From the NCBI GenBank assembly GCA_963726315.1, contig CAVSBZ010000003.1, positions 38,978-102,977 on the forward strand: DNA of 64,000 bases. The letters are read 5' to 3'. The notes under the pieces are model-generated. The model was not told the origin of the DNA. It did no database searches and worked only from the letters and a program-made list of their open reading frames with translations. Within the stretch, counting starts at the first letter, position 1. Each line of letters opens with the position of its first letter. Of this stretch, positions 38,891-47,508 are shown piece after piece. Made by a program: the position numbers and the translations under genes. The stretch is from an uncultured Chloroflexia bacterium. GTDB taxonomy: Bacteria > Chloroflexota > Anaerolineae > Anaerolineales > UBA4823.

Positions 38891-39807
38891 GCCAGCCTCA
38901 ACCGGTCTACGTTGGTTTTGGCATGCTCACCCCTGTGGCAATCATGGTGGTTGATCAGTTGCCACAACATAATTGCGGGGCATTGGTTAAGGAGGTAAGT
39001 GAATTCGTCTTTGACGATGCAGCCATCATCGCCTGCTTGCTACGCCAATGGGATATGCCGACTGCCATGATCGGTACTACTTTGGGGGACGACCCGCGCG
39101 GCCACCTGTTGGCCGAGCAGCTGGGAGAATGGGGGGTGGATGGAGAGGTACGTTTTTCAAAGGAAATAAAAACCCCCTGGGAAGTGGACGTCTCTGATGA
39201 AACCGGGGCACGCACTTATTTCTGGCAGAGGGAACCGAAAGTGTTAGCCACCCTCGATACAGCTGACTTATCGCTGGTTCGAGAGGCGCGGATGTTATAC
39301 GTGGATTGGTATGATGGTGACCACATCCTGCGCGCCATGGATGAGGCACTTAGGTACAACGTGCCGGTATTCCTGAATTTTGAACATGGACATGCAGACC
39401 CTGAACTATTGAAGCGTTATGCGAGTCGGGCACTGATCTGCCAGGCGACCACAGATGCCGCTCAACACGGGAAGGTATCCCCGTTGGAGGTGACGAGGAA
39501 ACTGTTGGATAATGGTGTGCAGACAGCTTTAATTACAATGGCGGAAGAAGGCAGCCTGGTTGCACAGGGCGAGCAAGTCATCCGTGTCAAAGCTCCCCAT
39601 GTTCATGTCGTGGATGGATGTGGAGCGGGTGCTACTTTTTCAGCTGGTTTCATCTATGGGCACCTGAGGGGTTGGATGCTTGAAGAATCGGTCCGCTTTG
39701 CGACCGCTGCAGCATCCTTAAAAGTGACCCACCCTGGACTGAAAATGTCCACCATTCCAGAGATCCAGGAACTAGCTGGTCGTCTCGCCGTTGAGCATTT
39801 GGGTTAG
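38886..39807 (+). CDS. PfkB (ribokinase-fold) family protein with an atypical active-site motif
   Basis: ATG overlaps the Rieske stop (ATGA). The C-terminal motif reads DGCGAGATF instead of the canonical DTxGAGDxF. Confidence 0.7.
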
Positions 39808-39835
39808 CTGATCATCATGTAACCAGGAGAGACCC

Positions 39836-41287
39836 TTGATCAATTTTGCCACCCTTCTATCGCAGGAACAGGTTGAACGCACACACGCAGCCTCGCTTGA
39901 AATCCTTGAAAGCGTGGGTCTGCTGGTGCGAAATGAGCAAGCACGTGCGATCTTCAAACATGCGGGCTGCCGTGTAGATTCAGAGACACACAATGTAAAA
40001 TTGCCAACCGCGGTGGTCGATGAGTTCCGCCAGATGCTACCAACGACCTTCACCTTTTGTGGTCGCGATCCACAGTTTGACCGGACAATTCCGCAAGATG
40101 GTCCGGTGATTGTCACTGGCAGCTCGGCTCCGGATGTAATCGACTTGGTGACCGGTCGCCCAAGACGCGCCCGATCAGACGATATCGCCCGTATTGCCCA
40201 CCTGATCCAGGAGCTGCCGGCTTATGACATCTTTTCGATCTCAACCCTGGCAGATGACGCGCCGCCTGGGCAGTTCACCCTGGCTCGCCTGTATCCATCG
40301 CTGAAGTATTGCCTTAAGCCGGTGCGCAGTACCACCAAGGACATGGCGGACATACAGGCGATCCTGCATTTTCTATACACCATTGCAGGAAGTGAAGCCG
40401 CCTATCGCGATCACCCTTTTGTGACCCATCACTATTGTCCGGTCGTCTCTCCTCTAACGATGGATCAGCTCTCCACTGAAGCGGTCATTTTTTTCTGCCA
40501 GATGGGGCTGCCAGTCTATCCGAGTATCGTTCCTAATGCTGGTCTGACATCACCCATGTCCATGGCAGGTACCCTTGCGCAGGGCAATGCTGAATTCCTT
40601 GCCATAGCAGTGTTGATGCAGATGGTGCGTGAAGGCACACCCACGATCTACTCCACCTTGCCAACCGTCGCCGATATGCGCACGGGCGCGTATGCCTCGG
40701 GTGGCATTGAGTGCGGCATGCTGCACATGGCTTTTGCTCAAATGGCGCGCTTCTACAACGTGCCTTGTGGCGGATATATCGGATTATCCAATGCCAAGGT
40801 CAACGACGCCCAGTCTGGATACGAGACCGGAATGTCCACTGTGGCCAGCGTCTTGGGGGGTGCGGACATGCTTAATATGGGCGGTCTGCTGGATGCCCTC
40901 AAAGCTTTTGATTTTGCCAAAGCGGTAATTGACGATGAGATAGCCCAAATGCTCAAGCGTATGAAACGCGGTATTCTCTTTGGAGAAGAGGAACTTGCGC
41001 TGGAAGTGATTTCACAAGTAAAACCAGGGGGAAACTTCATGCTCAGCCCGCATACCAAAAAACGAATGAAGACCGAAGCTGTGCTCACCCGGATATCTGA
41101 ACGCGAAGCTCGCGAATCATGGGAAAAGCGCGGCTCCCTGGATACAAACGCCCGCGCTATGCAGCGAGTGCGTGAGATACTGGCGCGTGAAAGTATGTCG
41201 ATATTCGACGAAGAGGTTGAAGGTCGCATCCGCAAGCAGTTCAGAGATTTAATCCCTGGAAAATTGGAAATACCTCCAGGTTTATAG
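39836..41287 (+). CDS. MttB-superfamily methyltransferase, non-pyrrolysine type
   Basis: 483 aa. The N-terminus (LSQEQVERTHAASLEILESVGLLVRNEQARAIFKHAGCRVD) is typical of the family. There is no in-frame TAG. Confidence 0.8.
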   Translation: MINFATLLSQEQVERTHAASLEILESVGLLVRNEQARAIFKHAGCRVDSETHNVKLPTAVVDEFRQMLPTTFTFCGRDPQFDRTIPQDGPVIVTGSSAPDVIDLVTGRPRRARSDDIARIAHLIQELPAYDIFSISTLADDAPPGQFTLARLYPSLKYCLKPVRSTTKDMADIQAILHFLYTIAGSEAAYRDHPFVTHHYCPVVSPLTMDQLSTEAVIFFCQMGLPVYPSIVPNAGLTSPMSMAGTLAQGNAEFLAIAVLMQMVREGTPTIYSTLPTVADMRTGAYASGGIECGMLHMAFAQMARFYNVPCGGYIGLSNAKVNDAQSGYETGMSTVASVLGGADMLNMGGLLDALKAFDFAKAVIDDEIAQMLKRMKRGILFGEEELALEVISQVKPGGNFMLSPHTKKRMKTEAVLTRISEREARESWEKRGSLDTNARAMQRVREILARESMSIFDEEVEGRIRKQFRDLIPGKLEIPPGL

Positions 41288-41338
41288 GATCATTATAGAA
41301 GGAGCAGGATTGAAATCCTGACAGGAGAGAGGTATTCA

Positions 41339-42277
41339 ATGAAGTTATATTTCGCGACGGATGTGCACGGGTCGGAGATTTGTTGGAAGAAGTTCCTGGC
41401 GGCAAGCAAGTTTTACGAGGTGGATACCCTCGTCCTGGGGGGTGATATGACCGGTAAAGCCATCGTCCCAATCATTGCCCAGGGTGATGACGAATATAAG
41501 GTGACCCTGTTGGAGCAAGTGAGCATGCTGCACGGCAAAGAGGAAGTTGACAAGATGGTGCAGACCATCCAGAACCGCGGATATTATCCGTATTTGACAA
41601 ATCCAGACGAAGTTCAAGAGATTGTTTCCTCTCCAGGCAAGATGGACGAGCTATTTATGGACGAAGTGCTTACAACCGTTCAACGCTGGATGGAATACGC
41701 AGATGCGAAGTTGGAGGGGACCGGTATTCGCTGCATCGTCTGCCCGGGCAACGATGATGTCTTCGAGATTGACGCCGTGATCGCAGCCTCCAAGTGCGTG
41801 CGCAGCCTGGAAGGTCAGGTTATTGAGCTGGATGAATACCACGAGATGGCAAATTCAGGCTGGTCCAACCCGACCCCTTGGAACACTCATCGCGAGGAAC
41901 CAGAGGAGGCATTGCTCAAGCGCCTGGAATCAGTGATCAGCCAGGTCAAAAATCCCTCCCAGGCAGTCTTCAACTTTCACCCCCCGCCATACGGGAGTGG
42001 TCTGGATGAAGCCCCTGAGCTGACCAAAGACCTTCGCCAAGCGTATGCTGGCCGGTCCATGATACCGGTTGGTAGCAAAGCCGTCATGGCTATGATTGAT
42101 AAGTATCAGCCTTTGCTTGGGCTCCACGGTCATATCCATGAAGGTAAGGGTACGCGCAAGTATAAGAAGACGTTGTGCGTCAACCCGGGCAGTATGTACG
42201 AACAAGGGATGTTGTCCGGTGCGGTCATCGAACTAAAACCCCAAAAGGTGGGCAATTATCTGCTCACAACGGGGTAA
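41339..42277 (+). CDS. Calcineurin-like metallophosphoesterase, copy 2
   Basis: Motifs ATDVHGSE, GGDMTGK, CPGNDD and LHGHIHEG. It is collinear with copy 1. Confidence 0.75.
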   Translation: MKLYFATDVHGSEICWKKFLAASKFYEVDTLVLGGDMTGKAIVPIIAQGDDEYKVTLLEQVSMLHGKEEVDKMVQTIQNRGYYPYLTNPDEVQEIVSSPGKMDELFMDEVLTTVQRWMEYADAKLEGTGIRCIVCPGNDDVFEIDAVIAASKCVRSLEGQVIELDEYHEMANSGWSNPTPWNTHREEPEEALLKRLESVISQVKNPSQAVFNFHPPPYGSGLDEAPELTKDLRQAYAGRSMIPVGSKAVMAMIDKYQPLLGLHGHIHEGKGTRKYKKTLCVNPGSMYEQGMLSGAVIELKPQKVGNYLLTTG

Positions 42278-42433
42278 GGTTAGGTGATTAGCAGGGATTT
42301 GCGAAAGGAGGCGTGTGACTGAGATTGAAATTCCGGGTGAGAAGTAGCGGGTTTAGTCCGAAGATTATTTTAAACCAAGGCTTCCCAGGAGCTCTTCAGG
42401 AAGCTGCAAATTGAATACAATAAGGAGATTGCA

Positions 42434-44320
42434 ATGAGTGACGTTTCTTTATTCGTTCGCAAAGCAAGTGGCTTGGTGAGAGCCTGGTCAGTGTTCGATG
42501 CGTTCATCTACGCCACTTTCTCGATCAACTTGATCACCCTCGGGCTTTTTATCTTCTCATATTGTTATTACCTCCAGGGCAGTCTGATCAGCGGGGTTGT
42601 AATTGGAGCTATCTTCACCATCTTTGAAGTGATTGTATACGCCAGTCTGATTTCCGCCATGCCGCGTGCAGGGGGTGACTACGTCTGGCAAAGCCGCATA
42701 TTAGGTCGAATGATCGGTTTTGTGCTGGCGGTAACTGGCTGGTGGTTCATCCTATGGCTGTGGACTCCACTTTATGGTCAGATGCTGACTTATGAGGTTT
42801 ACACGCCTCTTCTGGCGATCGCAGGATTCAAAGATGCTGCTTTATGGTTTACGACAACATCGCAGGGACAGTTCGTTGGTATGCTGTCGGTGTGCCTGAT
42901 CGTATTCATTTATATTACCGTTGGAATGAAATGGTACGCCCGAGTGCAGAAATTCTGTTTTTGGGGTGGGTTAGTAGGCTTGGCGATTGTTTTCGGGCTG
43001 CTGCTATTTGGCAACCATGATACATTCGTGACTAATTACAATGCCATGGCTCCCACCTTTGGCGCTACCGGCGGGGATGTGTATTCAGCGACTATGCAGG
43101 CAGGTGAAGACGCTGGCACTGTGGCAGGTCCGCTCTTCCCTCTGGCGATTGGTGCCAGCCTTTTGCTCGTTCCAATGTTGACTTTCTTCAATCTGTGGCC
43201 AAATTGGGGTTCCACCCTATATGGCGAGGTGCGTGGCGCATCGGATTACAAGCGCAACTTCCTGGGCATGTTCATGGCAATTATCATAACCATGGTGGGT
43301 GCTGTGGTTTTGTTCTTGCTGATTGCTAAAACGATCGGTTGGGATTTTTATAACCATTCCAATGGTGCCTTTTGGAACTGGGGCTTTGGCTATACTACCA
43401 CACCCCCACCACTGCCCATATGGCCTTACCCGGCTCTATTCGCCACCTTCATGGTGAAGAGCCCGGCGTTGATGTTCATCGTCGTGCTGCTGATGAGCCT
43501 GTGGTGGTTTGGCTGGTCGGGGACGCTCTTCCTGAGCTCAACACGCGTGATCTTTGCAGCCGCGATCGACCGCATGCTGCCAGAGTGGGTATCCAAGATT
43601 GAACCACGCACGAAGACACCTATATTCGCCCTCTTGCTTATGGTTATTCCGGCGGCAATCATCTCCTACCTTTATGCATTCAAGATATTTAATTTCAACA
43701 CCCTGGCTCTTGATGCAACAGTGGTGATTGCCATTACTTTCCTTGGTTCTACAATTGCAGGCATCATTATGCCGTGGAAAGCAAAAGATGTGTATGATGG
43801 TTCTCCGATTGCCAAGTATAAAGTTCCTTCCTGGTTGGGGTGGATCGTCACCATCATTTATGCTGGCTTTTCTTTATACCTCATTTATATCTCGCTGAGA
43901 TATGGCTATGATATCGTGAGCGGGATCGGAACTCTTGACCCAAACACAGCAACCTGGATTGTGGTGATCCTTCTGTCGATCCTGACGGTCGTCAATGCGG
44001 CGGTCTTGATCTGGATCTTTTTCCAGGTTGTCAAGGGTTTATTAAGCAGCAAAGCTATGCCACTCGTTACATTGGCGGGTTTGATCTTCCTGGGTTTCCT
44101 GGACTGGTTGCTGGTGAAGTGGTTTTGGGATCCGAATGTCCTCCCCGAGTCATTACCAACCGTCGGAACCTATGGCATCGGCTGGTCTAACGTGAACTCG
44201 ATGATCTTTATGCTGTTGAACTATATCGTGGCAGCTGTGATCTATTTCGGTTTCAGCGCTTACCGCCGCCGACAGGGCATCCAGATCGAAAAAGTCTATA
44301 AGGAGATCCCGGTCGAGTAA
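42434..44320 (+). CDS. APC-superfamily permease, copy 2
   Basis: 628 aa. Contains PRAGGDYVWQSR. Shares the N-terminal RKASGLVR motif with copy 1. Confidence 0.8.
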   Translation: MSDVSLFVRKASGLVRAWSVFDAFIYATFSINLITLGLFIFSYCYYLQGSLISGVVIGAIFTIFEVIVYASLISAMPRAGGDYVWQSRILGRMIGFVLAVTGWWFILWLWTPLYGQMLTYEVYTPLLAIAGFKDAALWFTTTSQGQFVGMLSVCLIVFIYITVGMKWYARVQKFCFWGGLVGLAIVFGLLLFGNHDTFVTNYNAMAPTFGATGGDVYSATMQAGEDAGTVAGPLFPLAIGASLLLVPMLTFFNLWPNWGSTLYGEVRGASDYKRNFLGMFMAIIITMVGAVVLFLLIAKTIGWDFYNHSNGAFWNWGFGYTTTPPPLPIWPYPALFATFMVKSPALMFIVVLLMSLWWFGWSGTLFLSSTRVIFAAAIDRMLPEWVSKIEPRTKTPIFALLLMVIPAAIISYLYAFKIFNFNTLALDATVVIAITFLGSTIAGIIMPWKAKDVYDGSPIAKYKVPSWLGWIVTIIYAGFSLYLIYISLRYGYDIVSGIGTLDPNTATWIVVILLSILTVVNAAVLIWIFFQVVKGLLSSKAMPLVTLAGLIFLGFLDWLLVKWFWDPNVLPESLPTVGTYGIGWSNVNSMIFMLLNYIVAAVIYFGFSAYRRRQGIQIEKVYKEIPVE

Positions 44321-44606
44321 GGGTTTGATAAGATCTGTGAGAGAGAATAATGAGACTTTATCGATTTATTCATAAAGTCCCTTCTCCATAAGATCTTAAT
44401 TGTGGTTTAATAATATAATTCACTAAAGAACCATGCACCTTAATCAAAAGCTAGTTAATATCTCTATCTCGTATCTATTTGAAAAAATGAGTAGATATCC
44501 AGCGGTTAGATGGGAGGTGAAATCACAAAAAATTTCATCATGTTCCTAGCAAACCATAGATTTCTGATCTATTCACAATAATATATTTCGAGGAGAGAAT
44601 AAGAAT

Positions 44607-45795
44607 ATGCTTACCAGCAAGAACGCGTTTCAAAATAATTACATTGATTTTGGTCATCACTTTCGTGCTTGCCGGCTTGCGGTGGCGCACCTACACCTAA
44701 TGTTGCTGAGGGTTACACGGGCACAGTCGTTAAAAGTGTGCCGCAGGATCTCGTTGACGCCTGTAAAAAAGAAGGCATGGTTACGATCATCGCCACCCCA
44801 CCAGACTGGGCGAATTATGGCGAGATTTTTGCCGATTTCCAGGCAACAACCGGAGTGGGGATCAATTCCCTGGATCCGAACGCCGGTTCAGCGGATGAGC
44901 TCGCTGCCATTGAAGCCAATAAGAACAATAAAGGTCCACAGGCTCCAGACATTGTGGATGTAGGTTACGCCTACGGAGCAACCGGTATTGCGGCTGGTGA
45001 CTACATGCCCTATAGAGTATCCACCTGGGATAAAATCCCTGACACTCTATTAGGTATTCCTGCCAAAGATCCGAACGGTTTTTGGACGGGTGGTTACTAC
45101 GGCGTCATGGCCTTTTTAGTGAATACCGCAGTAGTGCAGAATGTCCCCCAGAATTGGACTAGACCTGCTCAAACCCGAGTATAAAGGACAGGTTGCCTTG
45201 TCAGGGCCTGCTACCACTTCAAACCAGGCTATCCAGACAATTTATGCATCTGGTTTAGCTAACGGCGGCTCATTGGATAATGCCCAACCGGGCCTCGACT
45301 TCTTCAATGAATTGAATAAGGCAGGAAACTTCGTACCTGTAGTTGCCAAAGTGGGTACTGTTGCACAGGGTGCAACTCCCATCGTTCCATTCTGGGACTA
45401 TCTGGCTTTTGGTTATCGAGACTCATTTGCCGGGAATCCACCGGTCCAGGTTGATCTACCCCTCCCCGACCATTGCCAGCATGTATGTGCAGGCGATCAG
45501 CGCCTATGCACCTCATCCCAATTGTGCCAAAGTATGGATGGAAATCCTCCATTCAGACGAGGGTCAGATGGCATGGATGAAGGGTTATGCCCATGGCGTT
45601 CAGCAAGCCGACTTGGAATCACGCGGTGTCATTCCCGCCGACCTGGCAGCTAAATTACCTGCCTCAAGTTCCTATGCCTCCGCAGTTGCCCCCAGCCCTG
45701 CCCAATTAGATGCCGCACTGGCATTGATCAAAGCAGGCTGGATGACCACCGTTGGTGTGGCTCAATCCACCGCAACACCGGAACCGACACCATAA
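44607..45795 (+). pseudogene. ABC transporter solute-binding lipoprotein, interrupted by four apparent +1 frameshifts
   Basis: The coding signal moves through frames 0>1>2>0>1 at about 44622, 44677, 45161 and 45456. Stitching restores a lipoprotein signal (MLTSK-TRFKIITLILVITFVLAG-CGGAP) and a continuous binding-protein sequence. Confidence 0.7.
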
Positions 45796-45802
45796 ATTAG
45801 TT

Positions 45803-46706
45803 ATGGCCGTGATAGATAGTGAAACGCGGGACGCGCCTCAGGCGCGTCCCGCAAGAACCAAAATGTCGTGGGCATGGCTCGGGGTAGTGCCCTTCTTTAT
45901 ATTTACATTTGCTTTTCTTCTTTATCCATCTTCGACCATCGTCATTAAGCAGTTTTCAGGATTTGATCACAAAATCCTTTACTTTCCAAAATATAAATAC
46001 GCTGCTCCACTCTCAGTACCTGATGCAGTCTTATTGGATCAGCATCAAGCTCAGCTTGATTACTGCTATCGGCGGTGGGATATTCGGTTTCCTGTTAGCC
46101 TATTCCGCCATTCGCGGCAGCTTACCCAGGTTCATGGCTGCCAGTCTGATGACTTTCTCTGGAGTCGCTTCCAACTTTGCCGGGGTACCGCTGGCATTTG
46201 CTTTCATCGCTCTGCTGAGTCCCACCGGTTTATTAATTGGCTGGATGAGAACTCTGGGATATAACCCTTACTTCCATGGGTTTACGCTATACACCTTTAC
46301 CGGGTTAGCGATTGTTTATATGTATTTCCAATTTCCGTTGATGGTTTTGGTGATCGCGCCAGCGATTGAAGGTATGCGGCGTGAATGGCTGGAAGCATCC
46401 GAGAATTTGGGTGCCAGCTCTTTCCAATATTGGCGCTACGTTGCTTTACCCATCCTGGGTCCTGCCTTAGCAGGTACGATGATCCTGCTTTTTGGGAATG
46501 CCTTCGGTGCCTTTGCCACAGCTCAAGCTCTTACCGGTGGTCAGATAAACCTGGTTACGATCGTGATTGGCTCAGAACTGCGCGGAGATGTATTGGGTAA
46601 TCAGGGTGTCGGATATGCCTTGTCATTGGGGATGGTGGTGGTGATGGCTTTGGCAATTATTGGTTATACCGTCCTGCAACGGCGGACGGAGAGGTGGCTG
46701 CGATGA
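45803..46706 (+). pseudogene. ABC transporter permease, one apparent +1 frameshift (about 45950)
   Basis: The N-terminus (MAVIDSE...WLGVVPFFIFTFAFLLYPSSTIVIK) is in frame 2. The rest (SFQDLITKSF...EAA-loop...RRTERWLR) is in frame 0. Confidence 0.7.
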
Positions 46707-47487
46707 AGAACAGGGGTAAACTATGGGCATGGTTTATCATGTTCCTTGGCATTCTTTATTTCTTCCTTGCCGCTGGTAGCAACCTTTATTTTTTCATTCA
46801 AAGCCAGGCTTGGTGAGCTGAGTTTTCAAGCATATACAAATATCTTTCGAAGCCCCACATTTTTATATAATTTCGGTGCTTCGGTAGTTTGGGCAATCTT
46901 CACAATCATCGTTGGAATCTTGATATTTGTTCCGACCGCGTTTGTCATCCGCTTGAGAGTACCAAAAGCCCGCAGCCCAGTCGAGTTCATCACCTTGCTG
47001 CCATTTGTCATTCCACCGATTGTGTATGTCTTCGGTCTGGTACGCACTTACAGCCAGCCTCCGCTTTCTTATCGTCAATAGTCCTTTATTGCTCATTGCT
47101 GGATATACGATATTATCCATGCCTTATATGTACCGCTCGGTCGACACCGGATTACGCTCTATTGACGTACGCACATTAACCGAAGCAGCTCAAAGCCTTG
47201 GAGCCGGTTGGGGGACGATTTTATTCAGCGTCATCCTACCCAACATCCGTACCGCTATCTTGAGTGGTGCGTTTCTGAGTTTCGCCATCGTAATTGGCGA
47301 ATTAATTCTTGCCCAATATCTGGTCAAGCCAGCCTTTGCCCCTTATATGGCTTATGTGATGCAGCAAAAAGCGTATGAACCAGCTGCCATGGCCATCGTC
47401 AGTTTTGCTCTTACCTGGATTGCCATGGGGATCATTCAGATGGTCGGTCGCGGCAGAGGTGCAGCGCAGGTTGGTGGTGGACATTAA
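46703..47487 (+). pseudogene. ABC transporter permease, two apparent +1 frameshifts (about 46769 and about 47055)
   Basis: The start ATG overlaps the upstream stop (ATGA). The coding signal moves through frames 2>0>1. The last segment carries the EAA-like loop (TEAAQSLGAGWGTILFSVILP). Confidence 0.7.
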
Positions 47488-47508
47488 ATCGATGCAGAGT
47501 GAACAAGC

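Noticed and set aside
25128-41235. Other long antisense or alternate-frame ORFs inside large genes: 26090-26482, 26574-27026, 35550-35993, 40753-41235, plus 22213-22638 and 4374-4778 elsewhere
   Set aside because: All lie within confidently assigned genes on the other strand or frame in GC-richer DNA, where long stop-free antisense frames are expected. None shows motifs.
39836-41287. Pyrrolysine (in-frame TAG) in the MttB-family gene
   Set aside because: The ORF is uninterrupted with no in-frame amber codon, and no pyl genes are in the window.
44607-47487. Programmed ribosomal frameshifting as the explanation for the split ABC genes
   Set aside because: Seven shifts across three genes is implausible for a programmed mechanism. 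I saw no slippery heptamers or downstream structures at the junctions.
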